Below are positions 19,239 to 27,913 of a DNA stretch of 59,123 bases, piece by piece. The position numbers and the translations under genes were made by a program. The stretch's first letter is position 1; each line of letters opens with the position of its first letter. The stretch is from an uncultured Rickettsiaceae bacterium (GTDB lineage Bacteria > Pseudomonadota > Alphaproteobacteria > Rickettsiales > Rickettsiaceae). Location: positions 1 to 59,123 of the forward strand of contig CAYTBU010000001.1 of NCBI GenBank assembly GCA_964436105.1. Reading direction: 5' to 3'. The notes under the pieces were generated by a model that worked only from the letters and a program-made list of their open reading frames with translations, made no database searches and was not told where the DNA came from.

Positions 19239-21056
19239 CTATTCATTTCTTTCTTGATGTAAAGAGTCAAATATCTTTTTTGCCATAGATTTTCCTATAG
19301 TTGCGATATTTTCTAATTCTTTGAGTGATGCATTTTTGATTGCTTCGCTTGATCCAAAGGAATGTAATAGGTCTTTCTTCCTTTTTGGGCCTATGCCTTC
19401 GATGTTGTCTATAATAGAGCTCCGCATATTCTGCGATCGTCTTTTTCTATGGCTTTTGATTGCAAAATTATGGGCTTCATCACGCAGAATTTGTAAATAA
19501 CGCATTATTTTATCATCTCTATCTAAAGTGAAGACTTCGCGCTTTGTCATGTGAAATTGTTCTTTGCCAGCATTGCGATCTGGGCCTTTAGACATGCAAA
19601 CGAATGGAACATGAAATGATAGTTTTTTCATTACGCTTTCTACAGTTGATAAATGCCCCTTGCCGCCATCGATAATCAGTAGGCTTGGTTTTTCTTCCTT
19701 GTTTTTGATAATTTTATCGAGCCGGCGCGTTATGACTTCTGCTAGCATCGTATAATCATCGCCGCCAGTTTCGCTTGTCGATTCCAAATTATAACAGCGG
19801 TATTTCTTACGAATAAAACCTTCTTTTCCAGCTACAACGAAAGCGCCTACGGCATATTTACCCATGATGTGGCTATTGTCATATATCTCAATTAATTCTG
19901 GCTCTGATTCCAGAGAAAATAATGTTTGTAATTCCTGCCAAATGGCGCTCTGATTAAGGTCGTGTTTTACCTTTTTTGTGAGCGCGGTTGTTAGAGAGTC
20001 AGTAAAAGATTGTAGCAATTGTAGTTTCGCCCCGCGGCTTGGTGTAGTGATATTTACCTTCACCTTGTGCAGACTATATAAAGCCTCACTCATTTCTTTG
20101 TGATTTAAGATTTGGTGGCTCGTGAGTAAATCCTTTGGTGGTACTTTTTCTTGATAGAATTGTTCGATAAAGCTAGCGATTATCTCGCCTTCGCTATTAT
20201 CTTCAGCCCCTTCCATGAAATATACATGATTGCCATAATATTGACTGTTACGGTAAAAAGCGACTAAGATCGCCGCGGTTCCGGCATAAGAGGTAGCTAG
20301 AATGATATCGCCATTTGACAGTTCATTATTAACGCCAAATTTCATCTGGATGTAGCTGAGGGCTTTGATGCGATCACGAATTTCTCCAGCTTTTTCATAT
20401 TGCATATTCTGGCTTAAGATCTCCATTTCTTTTGCGAGTTGTTCCTGCAATTCTTTCGTATTTCCTTGTAAGAAATTCTCTATTTGGCCGGCTAGCTTAG
20501 CATATTCCTCTTTATCAATTTTACCAACGCATGGTCCATAGCAGCGTTTGATTTGATATTGAAGGCAAGGTCTTTGACGGCTTGCAAAGTAATTGTCACT
20601 ACATGGGCGGAGTTTAAAAATCTTTTGTAATTCTGCTAAAGTAGCATCGACGTCAGCAGTCGAAGCAAAGGGCCCATAAACTTTGCCTTCTGGGCGGAGT
20701 TTGCTGCGAAGCTTGACGATTTGTGGGAAGTCGTGATCTAACCTCAGTTTGATATAAGGAAAGGATTTATCATCTTTGAGTAAGATATTATATTTTGGTT
20801 GATGATGTTTGATCAGGCGGGCTTCTAGCAGCAGAGCCTCAGTTTCAGAATTAGTGGTGATATATTCGACTTTTTCTACTAATTCTACCATGCGTTTTAG
20901 GCGGGTGATTAAATCGGGCTTAGTATAATAAGCAACTCTATTTTGTAAATTCTTAGCCTTGCCGATATATAGAATTTCACCCGATGCAGAGATCATTTTA
21001 TAAATCCCTGGTAGGTTACTCATGTTTTTTAGGGTAGCAGTAATGTTCTGTATCAT
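19239..21056 (-). CDS. uvrC: Excinuclease ABC subunit C
   Basis: GIY-YIG module (PGIYKM..ILYIGKAKNLQNRV), the UVR domain and a C-terminal HhH. The track ORF extends to the ATG at 21119. I prefer the ATG at 21056 (MIQNI...) because it gives the usual 15-25 aa before GIY. ATGs at 21089 and 21119 remain possible. Confidence 0.88.
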   Translation of the reverse strand: MIQNITATLKNMSNLPGIYKMISASGEILYIGKAKNLQNRVAYYTKPDLITRLKRMVELVEKVEYITTNSETEALLLEARLIKHHQPKYNILLKDDKSFPYIKLRLDHDFPQIVKLRSKLRPEGKVYGPFASTADVDATLAELQKIFKLRPCSDNYFASRQRPCLQYQIKRCYGPCVGKIDKEEYAKLAGQIENFLQGNTKELQEQLAKEMEILSQNMQYEKAGEIRDRIKALSYIQMKFGVNNELSNGDIILATSYAGTAAILVAFYRNSQYYGNHVYFMEGAEDNSEGEIIASFIEQFYQEKVPPKDLLTSHQILNHKEMSEALYSLHKVKVNITTPSRGAKLQLLQSFTDSLTTALTKKVKHDLNQSAIWQELQTLFSLESEPELIEIYDNSHIMGKYAVGAFVVAGKEGFIRKKYRCYNLESTSETGGDDYTMLAEVITRRLDKIIKNKEEKPSLLIIDGGKGHLSTVESVMKKLSFHVPFVCMSKGPDRNAGKEQFHMTKREVFTLDRDDKIMRYLQILRDEAHNFAIKSHRKRRSQNMRSSIIDNIEGIGPKRKKDLLHSFGSSEAIKNASLKELENIATIGKSMAKKIFDSLHQERNE

Positions 21057-21169
21057 ATAGAAAGATATTGTATAAAATGTCACTATCATTTTATACAATA
21101 TCTTTTTTGATGACAGCATTATTTGTGATAGCTATGATGTAGATACTAATTTCTTAAGGAGTATATATC

Positions 21170-21979
21170 ATGGAAGGAACAAAATTTCCAATCGGCGAGT
21201 TACTTAAAGGTAAAAAAGGTTTGATTACTGGTATTGCCAATAATCTTTCGATTGCTTGGTATATTGCTCAGATCGCGAAGGCTCACGGAGCAGAGCTAGC
21301 TTTTACTTATCAGGGTGAGGTTTTAGAAAAGCGCATCATGCCACTTGCGGCTGAAATAGGTTGTGATACCGTGTTGCAATGTGATGTGACCGATGAAGCT
21401 TCAATGGATCATGTGTTTGATACTCTAAAAGCTAAATGGGGTAAGCTTGATTTTGTGGTTCATTCAATTGGCTTTTCTGATAAAGAGGAGCTGAAAGGGC
21501 GTTATATTGACACTTCTTTGAAGAATTTCCTTAATACTATGAATATCTCCTGCTATTCCTTGACTGCGCTTGCTAAAAGAGCGGAAAGTTTGATGGTAGA
21601 TGGTGGTAGTATTCTTACCCTTACTTATTATGGCGCTGAAAAAGTAGTGCCTAATTATAATGTAATGGGCCCTGCTAAAGCCGCACTAGAAGCAAGTGTG
21701 CGCTATCTTGCTACTGATATGGGGCAGGGTAATATTCGCGTGAATGCAATCTCTGCCGGGCCGATTAGAACTCTAGCTGCTAGTGGAATAGGTGATTTTA
21801 AATCGATGCTTAGAATGCATGAATGTACAGCACCCTTAAAGCGTAATACTACCCAAGAGGATGTAGCCGGTGCAGCGCTTTATTTGCTCAGTAATTTAAG
21901 CGCAGGCGTTACCGGTGAGGTGCATTATGTGGATAGTGGCTTCAGCACCGTTGCCATGGCCCCTAAAGCTGATAATTAA
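21170..21979 (+). CDS. fabI: Enoyl-[acyl-carrier-protein] reductase (NADH)
   Basis: 269 aa. GIANNLSIAW, YNVMGPAKAALE (Tyr-x6-Lys) and the NAISAGPIRT blocks. Confidence 0.93.
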   Translation: MEGTKFPIGELLKGKKGLITGIANNLSIAWYIAQIAKAHGAELAFTYQGEVLEKRIMPLAAEIGCDTVLQCDVTDEASMDHVFDTLKAKWGKLDFVVHSIGFSDKEELKGRYIDTSLKNFLNTMNISCYSLTALAKRAESLMVDGGSILTLTYYGAEKVVPNYNVMGPAKAALEASVRYLATDMGQGNIRVNAISAGPIRTLAASGIGDFKSMLRMHECTAPLKRNTTQEDVAGAALYLLSNLSAGVTGEVHYVDSGFSTVAMAPKADN

Positions 21980-21985
21980 TTATCC

Positions 21986-22060
21986 CGGCGTCAAATGCGC
22001 GTCCTTTAGGTAGCGCACCTATAAAAAATAGGTTTACGCTCCTCGGCACTCATTTTCCTA
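21986..22060. repeat. Degenerate palindromic repeat related to family C core
   Basis: Central hairpin GCGCACCTAT-AAAAA-ATAGGTTTACGC resembles the cores of the copies at 41411 and 7738. The termini are poorly conserved. Confidence 0.4.
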
Positions 22061-22127
22061 GGGCTAATTTAATTCTGAGCTTTAGGGGTGAAGGTATGAT
22101 TGGACATCATTGCATCGCTAGTTTTCT

Positions 22128-22268
22128 CGTCACCTTCGAGGAGCTGTAAGCTCCGTGGCAATCCAGTAAGATAATCAAAATTATTATCTTTATAGCCTTT
22201 TGGGATATAAGTTATGAGTAAATTCACTGGATTACCACGTCGGCCTAAAGGGCCTCCTCGTAATGACG
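22128..22268. repeat. RPE-like repeat, family A
   Basis: CGTCACCTTCGAGGAGCTGTAAGCTCCGTGGCAATCCAG ... CTGGATTACCACGTCGGCCTAAAGGGCCTCCTCGTAATGACG. Confidence 0.85.
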
Positions 22269-22303
22269 AATCTATCGTATGCTGCTTTATATTGAATGCG
22301 GAG

Positions 22304-22345
22304 ATAAAAAAACACCCCCTAATTACGCAAGTAATTGAAGGGGGC
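22304..22345 (-). terminator. Rho-independent terminator downstream of cspA
   Basis: On the minus strand: CGCCCCCTTCAATTAC-TTGC-GTAATTAGGGGGTG, followed by TTTTTTT. Confidence 0.7.
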
Positions 22346-22393
22346 GCTTTGAACTAATGCCTAATGTCTTCTTACGAATAAGAAGTGTTTAGA

Positions 22394-22597
22394 TTATATT
22401 AGTTTAATATCAACAGCTGATTCTTTACCTTTTTCGCTAGCGATTTGGTAGCTGATTTTTTGACCATCATTAAGTTGGTTGATATTAGCTTTTTCTAAAG
22501 CAGAGATATGTAGGAAAACATCTCTAGAATTATCTTCGGGTTGGATGAATCCAAAACCTTTGCTAAAATTAAACCACTTTACAGTTCCTATTGCCAT
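22394..22597 (-). CDS. cspA: Cold-shock protein (CspA family)
   Basis: 67 aa. GTVKWFNFSKGFGFI (RNP1) and the DVFLHISAL (RNP2) motifs. Confidence 0.93.
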   Translation of the reverse strand: MAIGTVKWFNFSKGFGFIQPEDNSRDVFLHISALEKANINQLNDGQKISYQIASEKGKESAVDIKLI

Positions 22598-22920
22598 AAT
22601 ACTTATACCCTTGTTTGTTATTTATTAAATTTCGTGTCACGCGCGTCATTAGAGAGCAATTTGATCAAAAGGTCAAGCGATATAATTAATTGCCTATCAG
22701 GCGCGCGAATTATTTGATGATTATAATGACATATAGGCGCTCACTAAGCTTTTGGACTAAGGGTTGGAATGGTTTTTGTTGCCGTGGGGGATTTTAACTA
22801 AAAATCAGCGTAAATGTCACAATGTTACAAATTATTTAAGGTGTTACAGGCTGTCTCTTTGCTTTTAATCAGTAATAATGGTTTACTTGAGTGAGAAAGA
22901 TAGTAAAAATTGAGGTTAAG

Positions 22921-23502
22921 ATGCCAACCCCTAATGATAAACCGGGTAAAAGAAGAGAGCGTTTGCCAAGTATTACCCCGGGCGAAAACCTAAATGCACC
23001 GGCAACATCAAGGGTGGCATCTGAGCTAAAGTTGGATTTACTAAATGGTACTTTACCGGAAATAAAACCACGTAGTAAAGCTGATAATAAACTTAGAAGA
23101 GATGCAGATTTTCCAGAGCCTTCGACTCCAAGAGTAGAAGATGTTACAAAGCATATGAGCGGTGTTGAGGCTATGAAGGCTTCATTGCAAAAGCCGCGTA
23201 CTTTAGATCCTATTAAGCTTATTAGTCCGGCTACATCTGAAAGAAGCGATATTTCGGTTGGTAGTATTAAAAGAAGTGTCGCTTCAGATAGCGACGACAA
23301 TAGTGTTGGTAGTAACGTTAGTTCTTTAAGTAGTGGGTCCAATAGGATAATCCTTGATAAGTTGCCTACAAAAGGAAGTGTTACGGAGGCTATGAAATCA
23401 AGGAGCAAAGTGTCACAAAATACTCGGTTGAATGCAAATCTTCAGGGGCACAGAGAGAGTATGTCCGCTGGCGGTAAGCGTGGTGATGGAAGGAGTTTAT
23501 AA
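22921..23502 (+). CDS. Hypothetical protein, predicted intrinsically disordered (Ser/Lys/Pro/Asp-rich)
   Basis: Same frame as track ORF 22891..23502. ATG at 22921 lies 5 nt after GAGG (22912-22915). No TM segment or signal peptide, and no family I recognise. The overlapping minus-strand ORF 22869..23408 is Leu/Ser-rich, as expected for an antisense shadow. Confidence 0.5.
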   Translation: MPTPNDKPGKRRERLPSITPGENLNAPATSRVASELKLDLLNGTLPEIKPRSKADNKLRRDADFPEPSTPRVEDVTKHMSGVEAMKASLQKPRTLDPIKLISPATSERSDISVGSIKRSVASDSDDNSVGSNVSSLSSGSNRIILDKLPTKGSVTEAMKSRSKVSQNTRLNANLQGHRESMSAGGKRGDGRSL

Positions 23503-23509
23503 CTTACCT

Positions 23510-24781
23510 TTATCTCCGCACCGAGGCACTTGCGATTCTTTCTTCAAGCTCATGCCTAAAATGCCTGATTAATCCTTGGATTGGCCAAGCGGCGGCGTCG
23601 CCAAGGGCGCAGATGGTGTGTCCTTCAACTTGATAGGTCACTGCGAGTAATTCATCTATTTCTTTAACTTCGGCTTCGCCTTTCACCAGGCGCATCATCA
23701 CGCGCCACATCCAACCAGTACCTTCGCGGCATGGCGTGCATTGACCACATGATTCATGCATATAAAATTTACTAAGGCGTGCAATGGCGTAGATTAAATC
23801 AGTTGATTTATCCATCACGATCACCCCAGCGGTGCCAAGGCCAGAGCCTAGGGCGCGTAGTGAGTCAAAATCCATCGTAGCATCATCGCATAAAGCTTTC
23901 GGTAGCATCGGGCAGGAAGATCCGCCAGGAATCACGGCTTTTAAATTATCCCAGCCACCACGCACGCCACCAGCATGTTTCTCGATTAACTCCCTCATCG
24001 AGATGCCCATCGCTTCTTCAACATTACATGGTTTGTTAACATGCCCAGAGATGCAGAAGATTTTAGTGCCGGTGTTGTTGGGCTTGCCGATACCAGCAAA
24101 CCATTCAGGGCTGCGACGTAGAATTGTCGGCACTACAGCGATAGATTCCACATTATTGATGGTAGTAGGGCAGCCATATAGGCCAGCGCCAGCAGGAAAG
24201 GGTGGCTTCATCCGAGGTTGCCCTTTGTTGCCCTCAAGGCTTTCAAGCAGCGCAGTTTCCTCGCCGCAAATGTAAGCGCCAGCTCCACGATGGAGATAGA
24301 TGTTTAAATCATAGCCAGAACCACAAGCATTCTTACCGATCAGGCCAGCTTTATATGCTTCATCAAGTGCTTGTTGCAAATGAGATGCTTCATTATAGAA
24401 TTCTCCGCGAACGTATATGTAGCAAGTGTGTGCGCCAATAGCGCAGCTGGCAATTAGGCAGCCTTCGATGAGTTTGTGTGGGTCATGCCTTAAGATATCG
24501 CGATCTTTACATGTTCCAGGTTCGGATTCATCCGCATTGACCACCAGGTAGCTAGGCTTAGGATGCTCCTTTGGCATGAAAGACCATTTCATTCCGGTTG
24601 AGAATCCGGCTCCACCACGACCGCGCAGGCCAGACTTTTTGACTTGATCGATGATCCAATCACGTCCTTTTAGTAGAATCTCTTTTGTTCCTTCCCAGTC
24701 GCCACGTTTTCTTGCTGCGTCTAGGCCAAAAGACTCTCTGCCATATAGATTGGTGAAGATTTTATCTTTTTCTGCGAGCAT
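23510..24781 (-). CDS. nuoF: NADH-quinone oxidoreductase subunit F
   Basis: 423 aa. [29 protein letters not shown] and [12 protein letters not shown] (the N3 cluster). Confidence 0.96.
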   Translation of the reverse strand: MLAEKDKIFTNLYGRESFGLDAARKRGDWEGTKEILLKGRDWIIDQVKKSGLRGRGGAGFSTGMKWSFMPKEHPKPSYLVVNADESEPGTCKDRDILRHDPHKLIEGCLIASCAIGAHTCYIYVRGEFYNEASHLQQALDEAYKAGLIGKNACGSGYDLNIYLHRGAGAYICGEETALLESLEGNKGQPRMKPPFPAGAGLYGCPTTINNVESIAVVPTILRRSPEWFAGIGKPNNTGTKIFCISGHVNKPCNVEEAMGISMRELIEKHAGGVRGGWDNLKAVIPGGSSCPMLPKALCDDATMDFDSLRALGSGLGTAGVIVMDKSTDLIYAIARLSKFYMHESCGQCTPCREGTGWMWRVMMRLVKGEAEVKEIDELLAVTYQVEGHTICALGDAAAWPIQGLIRHFRHELEERIASASVRR

Positions 24782-24782
24782 C

Positions 24783-25346
24783 TTACGCCCCCTCTTTAGC
24801 GGCGGAATTCATGCGGCCGATTTGTGATCCAGGGGTAATTTTGTCGCCATTGCGTAGTTTTTTTATTAGATCCACCATAATTTCTGGCGATAAATCTTCG
24901 TAATAATCATCATTAATCTGTACGACCGGGGCATTGACGCAAGCGCCGATACATTCAACTTCAGAAAGTGTGAACAGACCATCTTTAGTTGTCTCTTTTT
25001 CATTTATGCCTAGTTCTTTCTTGCAAGCATTCATGACATCACTAGCGCCGCTTAGCCAGCAAGGCGTGGTGCCACAAAGTTGTATATGATAGCGGCCAAC
25101 TGGTTTAAGGTTGAACATGGTATAGAAAGTAGCGATTTCATAGGCACGGATGTATGGAGTTTCTAGAAAATCTGCTACATATTCAATTGCTTCATGCGAT
25201 AGATAATTATTATTCTGACGTTGCGCTAGGTCTAATAAGGCAAGAATGGCGCTACGCTCGCGTTTCTCAGGATATTTTGCTATAATTGCTTTGGCTTTTG
25301 CTAGATTTTCATCAGTAAAAGCAAAGGGTGCTTGGGTCATTAACAT
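24783..25346 (-). CDS. nuoE: NADH-quinone oxidoreductase subunit E
   Basis: 187 aa. 2Fe-2S ligands in [10 protein letters not shown] and the [10 protein letters not shown] blocks. Confidence 0.92.
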   Translation of the reverse strand: MLMTQAPFAFTDENLAKAKAIIAKYPEKRERSAILALLDLAQRQNNNYLSHEAIEYVADFLETPYIRAYEIATFYTMFNLKPVGRYHIQLCGTTPCWLSGASDVMNACKKELGINEKETTKDGLFTLSEVECIGACVNAPVVQINDDYYEDLSPEIMVDLIKKLRNGDKITPGSQIGRMNSAAKEGA

Positions 25347-25468
25347 TATCTGTAGATTATTTATATAAGGAATTTACCGTAAAAAGTGATATGAGTAAAG
25401 TAAGAATTGAATATAGTATGGGTTTAAAATTCATTCCGGGCTCTGACCTGAGTTGTCCGCATGGATAC

Positions 25469-25594
25469 CGTCATGGCGAGGAGGCCTTTAGGCCGACGTG
25501 GCCATCCAGTCTTAATAGTTCAAAGGGGTAAAAGATTTAGTACATTTGATTATTTTACTGGATCACCACGACGCATGCGCGCCTCGTGATGACG
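25469..25594. repeat. RPE-like repeat, family A (followed by a partial arm to ~25613)
   Basis: CGTCATGGCGAGGAGGCCTTTAGGCCGACGTGGCCATCCAG ... CTGGATCACCACGACGCATGCGCGCCTCGTGATGACG. This repeat generates the spurious track ORF 25328..25531. Confidence 0.85.
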
Positions 25595-25732
25595 GTTAGG
25601 TGCGTGCAATGACGACAGCAATCTTTCGGCATAAAAAAACTTGCGCGGCAATACACTTAGGCATTGACTTATTATGCGAGCTCTATATATTATCTACTTT
25701 CGTGTATTTTACTAAAAATGAGTATAAAATCT

Positions 25733-26050
25733 ATGTTTGCAGTCATCAAAACCGGCGGAAAACAGTATAAAGTAAGCCCTAACAGAGTTATTCGCGTTGA
25801 GAAACTTGTTGGTGAAGCTGGCGCGCAAGTGCAATTTAATGAAGTGTTAATGATTGGTGAGTCTGCAAAGGCTTCTCTAATCGGTACTCCTGTTGTGAAA
25901 GGTGCTATCGTTACAGGCGAGATTCTAGCTCAAACCAGAGCAGATAAAATTATCGTGTTTAAGAAAAAACGTCGTCAAAACTATCGTCGTAAAGCTGGTC
26001 ATAAGCAAGAATTGACGCAAGTTAAAATCATCGACATTAAGAAAAACTAA
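25733..26050 (+). CDS. rplU: 50S ribosomal protein L21
   Basis: Same frame as track ORF 25664..26050. The canonical N-terminus [14 protein letters not shown] starts at the ATG at 25733. Confidence 0.9.
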   Translation: MFAVIKTGGKQYKVSPNRVIRVEKLVGEAGAQVQFNEVLMIGESAKASLIGTPVVKGAIVTGEILAQTRADKIIVFKKKRRQNYRRKAGHKQELTQVKIIDIKKN

Positions 26051-26065
26051 AGTAGGGAGTGCGAA

Positions 26066-26314
26066 ATGGCAACGAAAAAAGCTGGTGGTAGTTCCAAGAA
26101 TGGCCGTGACTCGGCTGGTAGAAGACTTGGTGTTAAAAAGTCAGATGGACAATTAGTTATTCCTGGTAATATCATTATTAGACAAAGAGGAACAAAAGTT
26201 CATCCTGGTGATAATGTTGGAATGGGTAGAGATCATACTCTATTTGCTCTTACCGAGGGCAATGTAAAATTTGCTCGTAAATCTAACGATCGTTTATACG
26301 TTTCAGTAGTCTAG
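26066..26314 (+). CDS. rpmA: 50S ribosomal protein L27
   Basis: 82 aa. [24 protein letters not shown] and the [12 protein letters not shown] blocks. The TAG stop (26312-26314) is the first three bases of a family C repeat. Confidence 0.93.
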   Translation: MATKKAGGSSKNGRDSAGRRLGVKKSDGQLVIPGNIIIRQRGTKVHPGDNVGMGRDHTLFALTEGNVKFARKSNDRLYVSVV

Positions 26315-26415
26315 TCAATATACTTTATTGCTAAGGACCTTGTTGTTCGCCGCTCACGTATTAATATACGCATCGCAGCTTTACGCTCAAGGCCTACTTC
26401 AAATTAATTGACTAT
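26312..26415. repeat. RPE-like palindromic repeat, family C
   Basis: TAGTCAATATACTTTATTGCTAAGGACC ... GGCCTACTTCAAATTAATTGACTAT. The core CGCTCACGTATTAATATACGCATCGCAGC is shared with the copy at 56046. Confidence 0.8.
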
Positions 26416-26420
26416 AATCA

Positions 26421-26458
26421 AAAAAAGGAAATCGCAAAAAATCGGTTTCCTTTTTTTT
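26421..26458. terminator. Bidirectional rho-independent terminator between rpmA (+) and the yoeB-like gene (-)
   Basis: AAAAAAA-GGAAATCG-CAAAAAAT-CGGTTTCC-TTTTTTTT. The stem has one G-U pair, an A-run on one side and a T-run on the other. Confidence 0.7.
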
Positions 26459-26489
26459 ATATTCATGATTAATTATCTCCGTAGTGGCT

Positions 26490-26744
26490 CTACATACGTA
26501 AGATTTTTACTCTTTTGCTTATTTCATCGACTTGATAGAATATTCTGTGTTGTAGATTGATTCTTCTAGAATAAGCCCCTTTATATTGGCCGACCAATTT
26601 TTTATATGGAGGTAGATTTTGAAATGGGGTATTTTCGATGATCTTTAAAAGCTCATCAACTTTTGTTTTGTACGCCGATCTAGTGATCTTTTTATAATCT
26701 GAAATCGCATCCTTAGTGTAATATAGAGTGTAATGCGCGTCCAT
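26490..26744 (-). CDS. yoeB: Txe/YoeB-family toxin, C-terminally truncated by a TAG stop just before the conserved His-Tyr
   Basis: 84 aa. YSRRINLQHRIFYQVDE aligns with E. coli YoeB WSRRITEEHRLVYAVTD. The ORF ends ...VKILRM-TAG, and the same frame continues AGC CAC TAC GGA GAT AAT TAA (S H Y G D N stop) down to 26469. 1-nt TAATG overlap with the antitoxin gene. Confidence 0.8.
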   Translation of the reverse strand: MDAHYTLYYTKDAISDYKKITRSAYKTKVDELLKIIENTPFQNLPPYKKLVGQYKGAYSRRINLQHRIFYQVDEISKRVKILRM

Positions 26745-26983
26745 TAGTCTAACTTTGTACTACAATCATCAAAAGAGGTGCCTAGGCCTTTTATTAGTGA
26801 GTCACTTAAGTCTTTATTAGTCGCTACGAATAAAGTTTCTTTGATATCTTCCCAATCTTCCGCTGATATTAATACGGCTGCATTGCGCTTACCTTTTATC
26901 ATGGTTGGTTCGTGGCTTCTTGCTACATTATCGATTAATTGATATAGGTTTTTTCTAGCTTCACTGGCAATTAAATAGGTCAT
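26744..26983 (-). CDS. yefM: Phd/YefM-family antitoxin
   Basis: 79 aa. N-terminal SEARKNLYQLIDNV..PTMIKGKRNAAVLISAEDWEDIKETL is typical of YefM/Phd. It lies directly upstream of the toxin and overlaps it. Confidence 0.85.
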   Translation of the reverse strand: MTYLIASEARKNLYQLIDNVARSHEPTMIKGKRNAAVLISAEDWEDIKETLFVATNKDLSDSLIKGLGTSFDDCSTKLD

Positions 26984-27017
26984 AATGTTACCTTTTTAGG
27001 TTTTGTTATTTGTTAAT

Positions 27018-27035
27018 GGTACCATATGTCGTACT
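27018..27035 (-). promoter_or_regulatory. Candidate YefM-YoeB operator (two GTAC-core hexamers, 12 bp centre to centre)
   Basis: GGTACC-ATATGT-CGTACT lies 35-52 nt upstream of the yefM ATG. The E. coli yefM-yoeB operator uses TGTACA hexamers with the same spacing. Confidence 0.35.
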
Positions 27036-27054
27036 AATAGGCAAACAAAATTTA

Positions 27055-27558
27055 TCAAAGCTTCTTCTTCCCCAGCGCGGCGTAGATCTTGCTTTCGATG
27101 CCTGGAATCACAAAGGATGAGATATCGCCACCTAAAGATGCGATTTCTTTGACCAGGCGCGATGACACGAATTGATGTTCTTCGGAGGCTGGCAGTAGGA
27201 TAGTATCAACATCCGGTGCTAGGCGAGAGTTCATGCAAGACATTTGAAATTCATATTCAAAATCCGAAACTGCTCTGATGCCTCTGATGATTATATTTGC
27301 CTCTTGTTCATGAGCAAAATGTACTAATAGTCCGGGGAAAGTTCGTACTTCAATTTTTTTCTCTAGCTTTTGCTCAGCAAGATAGGTAGCAATCATCTCA
27401 TATCTTTCTTCAATAGAAAAAAGAGGTTGTTTGGTGAATGCTGTTGAAATGCCAATTATCAGCTTATCCACTAATTTCGACGCTCTGAGTATAATGTCGA
27501 TATGACCATTGGTGATGGGGTCAAAAGTACCAGGATAGATAGCGATTCTTTGTTTCAT
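27055..27558 (-). CDS. coaD: Phosphopantetheine adenylyltransferase
   Basis: 167 aa. YPGTFDPITNGH and the ISSRLVKEI-type blocks. Confidence 0.93.
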   Translation of the reverse strand: MKQRIAIYPGTFDPITNGHIDIILRASKLVDKLIIGISTAFTKQPLFSIEERYEMIATYLAEQKLEKKIEVRTFPGLLVHFAHEQEANIIIRGIRAVSDFEYEFQMSCMNSRLAPDVDTILLPASEEHQFVSSRLVKEIASLGGDISSFVIPGIESKIYAALGKKKL

Positions 27559-27743
27559 ATGTGGTGTTTTTTATCAATTTGTTGCAGTTTAGCATGCGAT
27601 GTAGTTAACTGCAAAGTGAAAATGCTGGTAGTTTATTAATTTATTAGACATGTACTATTGTTTAAGATAGCTATTATAGTAGGTTAGTTTGAATTAGTGA
27701 AAGAGTTATCTTGGGGCGAGTTTTGTCCGTGTTGCTAGTTTTT

Positions 27744-27879
27744 CGTCATTGCGAGGAGCATTAGCTCCGTGGCAATCCAGTAATATAGTCACAATTACTA
27801 TATATAGCCCTTGGGCGATGGTTATATAAGTAACTTCACTAGATTGCCACGTCGGTCTGATGACCTCCTCGCAATGACG
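27744..27879. repeat. RPE-like repeat, family A
   Basis: CGTCATTGCGAGGAGCATTAGCTCCGTGGCAATCCAG ... AGATTGCCACGTCGGTCTGATGACCTCCTCGCAATGACG. Confidence 0.88.
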
Positions 27880-27913
27880 AATGAAGCTTTAGGATGACAA
27901 AAAAACGTAGGAT

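Noticed and set aside
22869-23408. 179 aa minus-strand ORF overlapping the 22921..23502 plus-strand ORF
   Set aside because: Leu/Ser-rich composition, typical of the antisense frame of a Lys/Glu/Asp/Ser-rich gene. There is no RBS, and it would run head-on into the region just downstream of nuoF. The plus-strand ORF has a GAGG RBS. Which strand codes still rests on inference.
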